A DNA stretch of 64,000 nt, taken from contig CBDBGZ010000005.1 of NCBI GenBank assembly GCA_965205425.1, forward strand, positions 168,670-232,669, given 5' to 3'. This stretch comes from Nitrosopumilus sp. Lineage in GTDB: Archaea; Thermoproteota; Nitrososphaeria; Nitrososphaerales; Nitrosopumilaceae. Below, piece after piece: positions 21,457-32,263 of this stretch. Numbering within the stretch: the first letter of the stretch is position 1; every line of letters begins with the position of its first letter. The notes under the pieces were generated by a model. The model saw only the letters and a list, made by a program, of their open reading frames with translations, ran no database searches and had not been told where the DNA came from. The position numbers and the translations under genes were made by a program.

Positions 21457-21984
21457 TCACTCTAATTTCTCGTATTTACTTACTAGTTCTCTTGCCCATT
21501 TTGCAATTTTATTTTTATCTAAATGAATTACTTCCACTCCTGCTTCGTTTAACAAGTCATAATCTGTTTCAGGATATGCATCAAGACAAACAAATTTTCT
21601 AATTCCTATGGTGATTGCCATTTTTGTACATTCTAGGCATGGCACAAATGTAGTGTATAGAATTGCACCTTTTACTCCAGCTTCTATTCCTAAAATTGCA
21701 CAATGCATTATTGCATTAGCTTCTGCATGATTACATAAGCAGCGGTCTAATGATGCCCCTGATTCAATTTTCCCTTCCATTCTGAGTTGACACCTTTTAC
21801 ATCCCCCTTCAAAACAATTCTTGATGCTAGGTGGAGTTCCGTTGTATCCTGTTGCTAACTGTCTGTTGTTTCTAACAATTACTGCACCAACTTGTCTTGT
21901 TATGCAGTTTGAGCGAAGTTTGGCAAGTTCTGCTTGAAGCATGAAATATTCATCCCAACTTGGTCTATCAAAAGAACTACTCAC
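21457..21984 (-). CDS. dCMP deaminase family protein
   Basis: RPSWDEYF, GYNG, HAEANAI, PCLEC. Confidence 0.92.
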   Translation of the reverse strand: MSSSFDRPSWDEYFMLQAELAKLRSNCITRQVGAVIVRNNRQLATGYNGTPPSIKNCFEGGCKRCQLRMEGKIESGASLDRCLCNHAEANAIMHCAILGIEAGVKGAILYTTFVPCLECTKMAITIGIRKFVCLDAYPETDYDLLNEAGVEVIHLDKNKIAKWARELVSKYEKLE

Positions 21985-22082
21985 ACAAATTCTGTCTGTC
22001 TGTTCAATATATGGATCACGCTAATTCACATTTGATGTGCGATCAAACATAGTTATTATCAAGATGAGATTAAAATTCTGAT

Positions 22083-22241
22083 ATGGGATTCAAAAAAGGC
22101 ATTCACAAATGTGTCGAATGTGAGAAAAAAATGAAAGAGAATCCTGATGAAGCAGGTATGTGCAGTAAATGTGGTGCAGCAGAAACCCGTATTGAAAAAA
22201 CTGTATACAAAGAATTAATCGACGAAGGACGATTCCCATAA
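22083..22241 (+). CDS. Small Zn-ribbon protein (52 aa)
   Basis: MGFKKGIHKCVEC...CSKC; hand-translated. Confidence 0.6.
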   Translation: MGFKKGIHKCVECEKKMKENPDEAGMCSKCGAAETRIEKTVYKELIDEGRFP

Positions 22242-22280
22242 CCTAATTTCTAACATATTATTTTCTAAAATTTATCAAAA

Positions 22281-22410
22281 GTGAGATTGAAAGAACTGAA
22301 GAGGCTCTTCCAATCCCATGAAGAATGGAGAGAATCCGTTCTTCATAATTGCGTTTCGATTACCCGATTTGGTAATCGCGATTTTTGGAATCACGCAACA
22401 GATTATCTGT
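22281..22410 (+). ncRNA. Candidate structured ncRNA
   Basis: GC-richer intergenic tract with four adjacent inverted repeats. Confidence 0.4.
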
Positions 22411-22505
22411 ATGGTGCTGTAAAAACTTAGATGAATAGCACTCATTAGCTAACATTAGACTATACGAAAGCATAAAATCAACAAATTACGATCTTTGTAT
22501 ATCTG

Positions 22506-24014
22506 ATGACTGAATTTGTTGAAAAAAAATATGTGAAAAAAAATTCTATTGAAAAGCGAGATTATCAAATCAATCTTGCAAATCAGGCAATAAAGGAGAA
22601 TTGTATTGTGGTTTTACCTACTGGCCTTGGAAAAACCGCTGTTGCTTTACATGCGATTTCTGAATTTCTGGCAAAAGGAACTGGCGGCATTTTATTTTTA
22701 GCACCTACACGAGTTTTAGTAAATCAACATTATGAATTCTTGAAAAATAATTTGACATTAGATGACATATCGTTAATTACTGGGGAGGATACAATACCAA
22801 AAAGAACAAAACTTTGGAATAATAGTATTGTTTGTGCAACTCCGGAAATTGCTCGAAATGATTTGAATCGAAAAATAGTTTCTTCAGATCAATTCAATTT
22901 AGTTGTGTTTGATGAAGTTCATCGAACTGTAGGTGATTATGCATATTCTGGGATTGCTGAATGGTTTGCAGATTCTCCTGCTAGATTAATTGGAATGACT
23001 GCAACTTTACCTAGTGAGAAAGAAAAAGCAACTGAGATTTTAACAAAATTGCGAATCTCCAGTGTTGCAGAACGTACAGAAGATAGTCCTGATGTAAAAC
23101 CTTACACTCAAGAAACAAACACAGAATGGATTAACGTAGAGCTTCCACCTGAATTAAAAGAAATACAAAAATTATTGAAATTAGCGTTAGATGAACGATA
23201 TGATATTCTAAGAAAGAATGGAATTCGTTTGGCTGAACAACAATCACTTTCAGCATTACTTCGAATTAGACAATTTGTTCTTAATCAAAATAGGCGTTCT
23301 GCAAAACCTTTGTTCACTGCAATCCGAATACACTATGCTTTGAATATGCTTGAAGCTCATGGTATCACTCCTTTTCTAAAATTTTGTGAACGTGCCAAAG
23401 CGAAAAAAGGAGTTGGTGTAAAGGACTTGTTTGAACTCGATCCTAATTTTACTAGGGCAGTTCGTTTAGCAAATGAAGCACAATCAAAAGGAATTGAGCA
23501 TTCCAAGATTCCAAAACTTAAAGAAATTATTGAATCCGTTCCTGGTAAAGCCCTAATTTTTACGAGTTATAGGGATTCTGTTGATTTAATTCATTCAAAA
23601 CTTACAGAGTTGGGAATTCCTGCCGGAATATTGATTGGTAAGGCTGGAGATACTGGACTAAAACAGAAAAAACAGATAGAAACCGTTCAAAATTTTAGAG
23701 ATGGACTATTTCGTGTTCTGATTGCCACACGTGTTGGTGAAGAAGGGTTGGATATTGCTGAAGTCAATCAGGTAATTTTTTATGATAATGTTCCTAGCTC
23801 TGTTAGACATATTCAAAGACGAGGACGAACTGGTCGAAAAGATACTGGAAAACTTGTTGTTTTAATTGCTAAAAATACTATTGATGAGACATATTATTGG
23901 ATAGGAAAACGAAAAATGACTGCAGCAAAATCAATGGGAGATAAAATGACCAAAGTTTTAGAAAAAAATCAAGAAATTGAATCAAAAAAATCTGGTATGG
24001 ATGCTTTTCTCTAG
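22506..24014 (+). CDS. Hef/FANCM (Mph1)-like SF2 helicase
   Basis: RDYQ, LPTGLGKT, DEVH, TAT, EEGLDI, QRRGRTGR. Confidence 0.9.
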   Translation: MTEFVEKKYVKKNSIEKRDYQINLANQAIKENCIVVLPTGLGKTAVALHAISEFLAKGTGGILFLAPTRVLVNQHYEFLKNNLTLDDISLITGEDTIPKRTKLWNNSIVCATPEIARNDLNRKIVSSDQFNLVVFDEVHRTVGDYAYSGIAEWFADSPARLIGMTATLPSEKEKATEILTKLRISSVAERTEDSPDVKPYTQETNTEWINVELPPELKEIQKLLKLALDERYDILRKNGIRLAEQQSLSALLRIRQFVLNQNRRSAKPLFTAIRIHYALNMLEAHGITPFLKFCERAKAKKGVGVKDLFELDPNFTRAVRLANEAQSKGIEHSKIPKLKEIIESVPGKALIFTSYRDSVDLIHSKLTELGIPAGILIGKAGDTGLKQKKQIETVQNFRDGLFRVLIATRVGEEGLDIAEVNQVIFYDNVPSSVRHIQRRGRTGRKDTGKLVVLIAKNTIDETYYWIGKRKMTAAKSMGDKMTKVLEKNQEIESKKSGMDAFL

Positions 24015-24283
24015 TTTTTGTATTGTTTTAAAATATTTTCAAAAATAGATTGCTTTTTTTGAATCACTTTATTTTTCATACCTGATTCTAAATGATGAAT
24101 GCTACTTTTCTTTGCAATTAGCAAATTTTCTAATCTGATGTCAAATTGGCTTTGTAGGAATTCTTCAACTCCTTGAAATCCTCCCCCTAATTCTAAATTC
24201 TCAAATGCCTCTTTTGCTAAATTATTGATCGAATTATCTAAATATGATAAAATTTCATCTAATATCTTTCCAGTCAAAACCAT
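24011..24283 (-). CDS. Hypothetical protein
   Basis: 90-aa ORF convergent with the helicase. Confidence 0.65.
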   Translation of the reverse strand: MVLTGKILDEILSYLDNSINNLAKEAFENLELGGGFQGVEEFLQSQFDIRLENLLIAKKSSIHHLESGMKNKVIQKKQSIFENILKQYKN

Positions 24284-24390
24284 GATTGAGATTAATTTAG
24301 AACTGAAAAAATGTTGTGTATTTTATTTTGGTTTTTTAGGTGTGTAAATTGATAATGATCTTCTAAACTGTTAATCTCTAATTCTATACA

Positions 24391-24537
24391 TTGCCTGATA
24401 TTGACAAATCAAAAGAAATGAAAGATTTAGTTGAAAAAGAAAAAAAACTCCATAAGGAAATAAAGGCAGATTTTAAGAAAATTAGTCAAAAAATAAACGA
24501 TGATTTTGAAAAGGTAAAAGAATCAAAATCTCACTAA
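24391..24537 (+). CDS. Small charged coiled-coil protein (48 aa)
   Basis: TTG start, LPDIDKSKEMKDLVEKEKKLH...; hand-translated. Confidence 0.4.
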   Translation: MPDIDKSKEMKDLVEKEKKLHKEIKADFKKISQKINDDFEKVKESKSH

Positions 24538-24538
24538 A

Positions 24539-24823
24539 TCATGCAAATCTTTTGATAATATGATAACCAAATTCTGATTTAATTGGTTCTGAGATTTCTC
24601 CTACTTGAAGTTTGAATGCAGCTTCTTCAAATGGTTTTACCATCATTCCTTTTGTAAAATAGCCTAAACTGCCTTCCTTTTTCCCACTTCCAGTATCTGT
24701 TGATAATTCTTTAGCCAAAGTACCAAATTTTTTCCCACCTTTGATCTTTTCCAAAATCGTAAGTGCTTCACTTTGTTTTTCAACTAGGATGTGGGAGCAT
24801 TTTATTTTATTACTCATTTTCAT
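24539..24823 (-). CDS. Parvulin-type peptidyl-prolyl isomerase
   Basis: CSHILV, GSLGYF, MVKPFEEAAF, SEFGYHII. Confidence 0.93.
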   Translation of the reverse strand: MKMSNKIKCSHILVEKQSEALTILEKIKGGKKFGTLAKELSTDTGSGKKEGSLGYFTKGMMVKPFEEAAFKLQVGEISEPIKSEFGYHIIKRFA

Positions 24824-24890
24824 ATTTGATTCATTTCTAGTCTTTATTTGTTAGGAATATGCTTAAGTTCCTAGAAAATTTGTTATTGTA

Positions 24891-25115
24891 TTGAGTTATC
24901 GACGTACAGGTTTAGCTGTGATAATTGTTTCAGCCATTATTGGGATTATTGCTATCGGTTTGGATAGTTTGCCAAAAGAAGCAATTATGCCACTTTTAGT
25001 AATTAGTGGTTTAGGTTTTGTCATCGGTGTAGTTCTGCTAAATTACAAAGCAAAACATTCTAAACGAGATAAAGGTAATTTTAAAAGAACAAACACCAAG
25101 TTTTGGGATACATAA
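24891..25115 (+). CDS. Small 2-TM membrane protein
   Basis: Two hydrophobic segments and a basic tail. Confidence 0.65.
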   Translation: MSYRRTGLAVIIVSAIIGIIAIGLDSLPKEAIMPLLVISGLGFVIGVVLLNYKAKHSKRDKGNFKRTNTKFWDT

Positions 25116-25276
25116 TTTTCCTTTTTTAGTATAAATATACACGATTAAACTCAATTGAAATGAATTGGATGATAAAATGATAATGATAACTATTACTCAT
25201 CAGAACAAACTAGTAAATTACTGTGTGTTCAAATGAGCAAACTTGTTTTTATCAATTTAAACATATTTCATATAGT

Positions 25277-25642
25277 ATGAAAATCCTTCACATTGAAGAC
25301 GTACCTGAAATAAGTCAGATTTTTGCAGATATTTTATCTACTAAAAATTATGATTTTGATAGTATCTCTGATGGACGAGCTGGACTAGAATTGGCAGTTT
25401 ACAAAGACTATGATTTAATTTTACTTGACATGTGCATGCCAAAATATAGTGGAGTGGATTTCCTATTGGATTTAAAACATAGGATGCCTACAGAAGTATC
25501 TAAAGTGGTGATTGTAAGTGCTTTGGAGATGAATCCTGCACAAGAACAAGAATTATTGAATTTAGGAATTCGTTCTGTTTTGAGAAAGCCAATATCTGTT
25601 CAGGGATTGCTTTCACAAATTGAACAACAAATTATATCCTAG
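25277..25642 (+). CDS. Single-domain response regulator receiver
   Basis: MKILHIED, LLDMCMP, VSA, RKP; likely start ATG 25277. Confidence 0.88.
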   Translation: MKILHIEDVPEISQIFADILSTKNYDFDSISDGRAGLELAVYKDYDLILLDMCMPKYSGVDFLLDLKHRMPTEVSKVVIVSALEMNPAQEQELLNLGIRSVLRKPISVQGLLSQIEQQIIS

Positions 25643-26037
25643 TTTAATCCCCAACTCACTTTATTATTTGGAATTATTTTTAAAAACGGTGCCTCTTTTT
25701 CTGTCCAAGGGTCTTTCCTGACCCATGCAAATTTATTGTAAAAAATATCGTAAAATTTCTTAAACTCTTCTCCATCTTCTATTATTTTTGTATCTCCTTG
25801 AACACATACTGCTTTATGATCTCCTGATTTGTAAATGTCTACTACTATTCCTGTTTTAGAATTTAATTTAATATTGTTAAATGTACGAGTATTGTAATCT
25901 GTCGCTACGACAAATGTATTATCCACAAATACAAAAGATACTGGTTTTACATGTGGGATGTTGTCATGAGATGTTGCTAGTCTTGCCTCTTCTATTTTTA
26001 TTAGAAAATCTTTTTCTTTACTAGTAAATTCTATCAA
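25639..26037 (-). CDS. Pyridoxamine 5'-phosphate oxidase family (split-barrel) protein
   Basis: ARLAT...PHVKPVSF...VQG. Confidence 0.8.
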   Translation of the reverse strand: MIEFTSKEKDFLIKIEEARLATSHDNIPHVKPVSFVFVDNTFVVATDYNTRTFNNIKLNSKTGIVVDIYKSGDHKAVCVQGDTKIIEDGEEFKKFYDIFYNKFAWVRKDPWTEKEAPFLKIIPNNKVSWGLN

Positions 26038-26312
26038 TTGAAAATTCGTTCTCTAATTTCTGGAATGTGTTTGTATACAATGTCTCTAATTTTCATTTGA
26101 TCTTCTGCAGTAGGTGCTTCATTTTGAGCGCTAAGAATTGCTCCTCCCATACCCAGTGCCATACCCATTACTATTCCGTAGACGAATTCTTTTGGGTCTT
26201 CTACTTTTAACACTTCTTTATTTTCTTTAATCTCATCTAAATATGATGGAATTGTAGAAACTGCTCCGTTAATTACTTGGATAATTAATGCCTCTAGTTG
26301 GTCTTCACTCAT
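26034..26312 (-). CDS. Hypothetical protein
   Basis: 92-aa ORF coupled to the downstream gene. Confidence 0.7.
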   Translation of the reverse strand: MSEDQLEALIIQVINGAVSTIPSYLDEIKENKEVLKVEDPKEFVYGIVMGMALGMGGAILSAQNEAPTAEDQMKIRDIVYKHIPEIRERIFN

Positions 26313-26383
26313 GTTTTCACTCTAATTGATTTCTTAATAAATTTGCACCTAAGATTTTTAATCTCTATTTCATGAGATAACTT

Positions 26384-26785
26384 ATGTTCGCATTTTTTAC
26401 TACGAATGAAGCAAATTCCGCATTACCTGATGTAATTAAAAAATTTGAATATGCTCTAGCAAAAAATACCGAAGTAAAAAAAATAGAACAAGAATTACAA
26501 ATCAGCGTCTCAACTACAAACTCTTTTGAATCTTATGTGAATTTGAAACAAAAATTGAATTCAGCCCTCACGAAATTCTATGAATCAGTAGAAATGTTGG
26601 AAAATACTGGGGTGGTTGTAAAAAGCATAGAGCAAGGATTACTTGATTTTCCTTCAAAAAGATTTGATGAGGAAGTTTGGCTGTGTTGGAAATATGGTGA
26701 AACTGAAATAAAATTCTGGCATGAAAAAGATTCTGGTTTTATGGGACGAAAACCCATTGAAGTTAGTGATGATACATTAATTTGA
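26384..26785 (+). CDS. DUF2203 family protein
   Basis: FTxxEAN, GLLDFP, LCWKYGE, WHE...GF.GRKP. Confidence 0.85.
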   Translation: MFAFFTTNEANSALPDVIKKFEYALAKNTEVKKIEQELQISVSTTNSFESYVNLKQKLNSALTKFYESVEMLENTGVVVKSIEQGLLDFPSKRFDEEVWLCWKYGETEIKFWHEKDSGFMGRKPIEVSDDTLI

Positions 26786-26886
26786 TATTTTTAAATCGTG
26801 AATAGATCTAAGATCATCCCAAGTATTTGCTAAATGTGCACAAAACTCGTCTCTACATTTGGTACTATATCCACAACTACATCTAC

Positions 26887-27186
26887 TCATTGCATATCTA
26901 CCTCAGATGAATCCGTTTTTGACCAAATATTGTTGAACAGTAATGCTTTAGAGTAAATTATGGTTTCAGAGTTTGTCCATATTGCTCGCATCTCTTTGTT
27001 GTTTCCTTCGTTTTTAATGAAAAATAATACTTCATCATCATCATCTTTGATCAAAAAGCAAAGATTTTCTTTTACAGATGGGAATAATTGTTTGATTTTT
27101 GTTTTGTCAATATCTTCAAAAATATATTTTGATTTTTTTGAAATTGGTGTTAATAATTTGTAATCAATTTTGTGCTCCTCTAATTT
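26887..27186 (-). pseudogene. TrmB-like regulator, C-terminal remnant
   Basis: Hand translation ...KENL / CFLIKDDDDEVLFFIKN...AIWTNSETIIYSKALLFNNIWS with a frameshift and no 5' end. Confidence 0.5.
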
Positions 27187-27235
27187 GATGGGTACGATGC
27201 AACAGATGTGACTAACCTATAATTACACGATGGTA

Positions 27236-27366
27236 TAGCGAAAAGATAAAGTTCGTGAACTAAAAATCATCAAAAAACTAGAGATTAGATGATTTTACCT
27301 AAGGTAAATACGAATAAACAATCTGAAACACCTTGAAAATAGTTCATGAACATATGCTTCTCGCTA
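27236..27366. mobile_element. MITE copy 1 (131 bp, IS630-related)
   Basis: TA-flanked, ends TAGCGA...TCGCTA; identical to 31939-32069. Confidence 0.9.
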
Positions 27367-27470
27367 TACATTGTGGTTGGTGGAATTTTAATGGTTGGTG
27401 TTGTAGTCTTTATGTTTTTGAGAAAATCAAAAACCAATTTAGAAGAAGAATGGGAAGAAGAGGAAGAACT

Positions 27471-27713
27471 CTAATTTTTTTCTACTCTTTTTTTATCTCT
27501 ACAAATTCCACAAAGGTAATTTTCCATAAATTCTTTAATTTCAATTTTAAATTCTTTAGTTTGGTAATACTTTTCTCCTGTTTTTAACCCTCCAGTAACT
27601 TGTTTGTGACAATTGATACAATGAATTTCTGCATTAAATTTGATAATTTTCTCATTTTTTGATATTTTACCTATGATCATTGAGTCTGTTTTGATTAATT
27701 TTGATATAAACAA
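27471..27713 (-). CDS. Small Zn-finger-like hypothetical protein
   Basis: CINC ... CGIC. Confidence 0.65.
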   Translation of the reverse strand: MFISKLIKTDSMIIGKISKNEKIIKFNAEIHCINCHKQVTGGLKTGEKYYQTKEFKIEIKEFMENYLCGICRDKKRVEKN

Positions 27714-27764
27714 TTAGTTGTTTCCAAAACTCATGAATATTATATTGAAAAATTAACAATTTTT

Positions 27765-28652
<888 letters not shown>

Positions 28653-28681
28653 CATAAATTTGGTAACAAATTGAAAAGAAT

Positions 28682-29782
28682 ATGATTCCTGGTAATGCTA
28701 CCTGTGAAGGAACTGAGAAATTTGCCAAAAATTCAGGCGTAAATCCAGGCAATTTTAAAACTTTTGAAAATCTATTTCTTTCAAATGTTGGAATTGGAAC
28801 TTATCTTGGTGATCCCGATGCTAGAACTGATGAATTGGTAACTAGTGCTGTAAAACAATCAATTCAATCAGGTATCAATGTAATTGATACTGCAATCAAT
28901 TATCGATCTCAAAAAGCAGAACGTTCTGTTGGTAAGGCTATTGCGGAGTTAATTCAAGAAGGAAAAATCACTCGTGATCAACTATTCATTAGTTCTAAAA
29001 ATGGCTATGTTACAAATGATGCAGATGTTCAATTGGGTTTTTGGGAATATGTAAAAGAAGAATATTCTCAAAAAGGTGTCATAAATGAAGGTGATGTCAC
29101 ATCTGGATATCATTGTATGACTACTGCATATCTATCTGATCAACTCGATAGAAGTTTAAAAAATTTAAACATAGATTGCCTTGATTTGATGTATCTTCAT
29201 AATGGTATTGAGGGACAGATTAAAGATATTTCAAAAGAAAAATTCCTAGAGAATTTAAAATCTGTTTTTGAATTATACGAACAAAAAAGAAAAGAAGGAA
29301 AAATTAAATTTTATGGAATGGCAACTTGGGAGTGTTTTCGAGTTTCATCTGATAATCCACAATATCTTTCACTAGAAGATGTAGTTACTATGGCAAAAAA
29401 AATTGGTGGTAATGATCATGGATTTCGTTTTATTCAATTGCCTTACAACATGCATTATGATCAAGCATTACTTACAAAAAACCAATTATTTGGAACAGAA
29501 AAAATTTCTATTTTAGAAGCAGCTGTAAAATTGGGAATTGGGGTTTTCACTAGTGTTCCATTCATGCAAGGTAGGCTGCTAACTCCTGGAACAATGCCTG
29601 AATTTAATGAATTAAAACCCTCATTACGGGCTTTACAATTCATTCGTTCTTCTCCTGGTGTTCTGGCTCCTCTTGTAGGTCAGAAATCTTCTGAGCACGT
29701 ATCTGAAAATCTTGAAATTATGAACATCCCTTCATTATCTGAAGATGAGTTTCTTGCATTGGTAAAGAAATTAACTTCATAA
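28682..29782 (+). CDS. Aldo/keto reductase
   Basis: GIGTY, IDTAINY, DLMYLHN, IQLPYN. Confidence 0.9.
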   Translation: MIPGNATCEGTEKFAKNSGVNPGNFKTFENLFLSNVGIGTYLGDPDARTDELVTSAVKQSIQSGINVIDTAINYRSQKAERSVGKAIAELIQEGKITRDQLFISSKNGYVTNDADVQLGFWEYVKEEYSQKGVINEGDVTSGYHCMTTAYLSDQLDRSLKNLNIDCLDLMYLHNGIEGQIKDISKEKFLENLKSVFELYEQKRKEGKIKFYGMATWECFRVSSDNPQYLSLEDVVTMAKKIGGNDHGFRFIQLPYNMHYDQALLTKNQLFGTEKISILEAAVKLGIGVFTSVPFMQGRLLTPGTMPEFNELKPSLRALQFIRSSPGVLAPLVGQKSSEHVSENLEIMNIPSLSEDEFLALVKKLTS

Positions 29783-29853
29783 TTTTTTAATTACTAGCCT
29801 CAAGAAATTGTATAAAGATAATAAATGAGTGATTTTTAGGTTGACATAGTAAT

Positions 29854-30219
29854 TTGTCTGCAAAAATTTATGATTATACAAAAATTTGTAATTCTATTTT
29901 TGGTATTGACCCTAAAATACGATTTGCTGGAGTGATCAATGAAAGAGGACGTTTAGTTGCTGGTGGAATGAAAGAAAATGTTGAACCTTTAGAAAGTGAA
30001 AAAGATGATGAGATGATTTTCATGGAACTAGCTTTGCGTGTAAAAATGAGAAAAGAATTTGATAAACAACTAGGCCCCGTAAACTTTGCTATGGCTTCCA
30101 GAGAACGAGCTCTTGCAATCAGTGTCATAATTAATGAAGACATTTTGTATGTTGTATCTGAGCCTGATACTGACTATGGTGCATTACCAAAGAAAATTAT
30201 TGAAATAATTCATACATAA
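29854..30219 (+). CDS. Roadblock-like (DUF6659-type) thaumarchaeal protein
   Basis: IRFAGVINERGRLVAGG, EFDKQLG. Confidence 0.75.
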   Translation: MSAKIYDYTKICNSIFGIDPKIRFAGVINERGRLVAGGMKENVEPLESEKDDEMIFMELALRVKMRKEFDKQLGPVNFAMASRERALAISVIINEDILYVVSEPDTDYGALPKKIIEIIHT

Positions 30220-30323
30220 TACCTAGTTTCCATTTTTGGGACTTTATGATCTTCTTAATTAACAATAAAATTTTAGATCGCTTACATGAATACGATCACA
30301 AAACTTGATTATGATTATTTAGC

Positions 30324-30479
30324 ATGTCTGAATTGACAAAAGAAATTGGGTCAATCGTACAAAATTCCTTCAATCAAGGACGAAATAATTTAACATCTTC
30401 TGATATTGAACATATTTTAAAAATTACTTCTGATGTTACATATAGAATAAAATCACAAATTCCGGAAATCCCAGTATGA
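30324..30479 (+). CDS. Small hypothetical protein (51 aa)
   Basis: MSELTKEIGSIVQNSF...; stop overlaps next start (ATGA). Confidence 0.55.
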   Translation: MSELTKEIGSIVQNSFNQGRNNLTSSDIEHILKITSDVTYRIKSQIPEIPV

Positions 30480-30730
30480 ATAATTGTCATGATCGACATG
30501 ACCCAATGTACAAAATAAAATACAAACCACAACAATTTGGTGGATTAATGAGTGAATGGTTAGTTTGTGAAAAATGTTTTGGACGACAAGAATTTTTTGG
30601 AGAATCTGAAGAGATCGAATCTATTATTTCATTAAGAGATTTTACCGAGATTAAGCTCGAAATTGATCATCTATCCATCATGACTAGAACTGTTACTAAA
30701 AAACTTAAAAAAATTCTTTTAGTTAAATGA
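30476..30730 (+). CDS. Hypothetical protein
   Basis: 84 aa with CEKC. Confidence 0.6.
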   Translation: MNNCHDRHDPMYKIKYKPQQFGGLMSEWLVCEKCFGRQEFFGESEEIESIISLRDFTEIKLEIDHLSIMTRTVTKKLKKILLVK

Positions 30731-30781
30731 CTCTGCATTTTTCAGCTGAAACTATAAATTGAATTTAAAAGTGAAAAATTT

Positions 30782-30928
30782 GTGCCAGTAGATCCTGTAT
30801 GTGGAATTGAACTAGATGAAGATTTAGCATTATTACATGATCATAATGGAAAAAAAGTCTATTTTTGCTGTTCGGGATGTAGAAGAATTTTTCTCAAAAA
30901 GCCTCGAAAGTATAAAAATAATAGGTGA
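30782..30928 (+). CDS. YHS/TRASH metal-binding domain protein
   Basis: DPVCG...YFCCSGC...F..P.KY; stop codon lies in the IS1595 IR. Confidence 0.8.
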   Translation: MPVDPVCGIELDEDLALLHDHNGKKVYFCCSGCRRIFLKKPRKYKNNR

Positions 30929-31833
30929 TTATCAATTATTCACCACCAACACATAATCAAGCAATAATGAGAAAGTATCTTCCATCTCTGTTGTTGTATC
31001 TCCACTCCATCTCTTTGATGTATAACAAGAATTTATCTGGACTTACACCATGATGCTTTGCCATGTTCTCTTTTGCAAAACTCCAAAACCCTTCAATCCC
31101 ATTGATGTACACGTCGCCTTTGCCAAACATCTTGCTGTGATCAACTGAGAGATGTTTGTAACCGTTGAAAATTAGAGAATCATATCCTCTCCACTTGTCC
31201 GTATACACAATGCTTCCTTTCTTTACTTTCTTGATTGTTCCTGCAAGAAGAGTTTTAGCTTTGACATTGTTTACAATCTCAACGTGAACTTTTCCCTTTC
31301 TTTCCAGTATGCCAAATACGATGGTCTTGTTCTTGGCACCTCTGCCACGATTTCCCTTTCTTTTTCCTCCAAAATAGTCGCCTCGTCAGCCTCAATTTTA
31401 CCTTTTAATTTCTTGTCTGATTCTGCCAGATGATACAGTATGGCATATCTAATACAATCAAAAGCATTTAGTGCAAGTTGGATAACTGACATCTGCTTCT
31501 ATAGCTGCACGTCTTGCACTAATCCCAATATCAAATAGTTTGACTAGGGCCAACCATTTTGTAAAATTAATGTTGATGATATCAAACCATGTTCCAGCAA
31601 ACGGTCTATAATCTGTCTTGCAATCTTTGCATCTTAGTTTCCCTCTTGAAATAATATAGTAATTCTCAGAGTTACATGATGAACAATGAATTGTGTTTTT
31701 CTTTTTGAATTGGTTGCAGAGAAATTCCAATGCAGTTGATTTGTTGTGAATTATTTTAGATAACTCAATTATGTTGATTGTTTTTTCCAATAATTACTCA
31801 AAAATAGTTGGTGGTAATAGGTTTACAATCACC
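30924..31833 (-). mobile_element. IS1595-family IS with frameshifted transposase
   Basis: ~27-bp imperfect IR GGTGATT...CCACCAAC; fragments with Zn ribbon, EADE, YTD, INGIEGFWS, EMEWRYN; no TSD. Confidence 0.85.
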
Positions 31834-32233
31834 CCGAATTAAATAAATCATTTTTGGCATATATTTTTCATATACAATTTCAGAACGAGTGATCTTATCC
31901 ATATCGGATGTTAATTCAGGATCAGATAATAATTGATATAGCGAAAAGATAAAGTTCGTGAACTAAAAATCATCAAAAAACTAGAGATTAGATGATTTTA
32001 CCTAAGGTAAATACGAATAAACAATCTGAAACACCTTGAAAATAGTTCATGAACATATGCTTCTCGCTATACATGATGATTCCATTTGAAATCATTAATC
32101 CTGATACAAATATTACAAAAATTACGGCAGTAGGTTTCTTTTTGTTAAGTTTTGTAGTAGCATAGTAATCCAATCCAGGTATTATTGCATATAGTGTAAA
32201 TCGTCTCACATTTACAGGGCCGCCATTATTCAT
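31834..32233 (-). pseudogene. Membrane protein gene interrupted by a MITE and cut by IS1595
   Basis: Removing the MITE and one TA restores ...GIIMYQLLSDPELTSDMDKITRSEIV. Confidence 0.6.
31939..32069. mobile_element. MITE copy 2 (131 bp)
   Basis: Identical to 27236-27366, TA duplication. Confidence 0.9.
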
Positions 32234-32263
32234 AATGTAGGATATTCTTAAGAGGTATCATAA

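Noticed and set aside
27333..27587. 84-aa ORF starting in MITE copy 1
   Set aside because: Chimeric off-frame ORF overlapping a gene remnant and the opposite-strand gene
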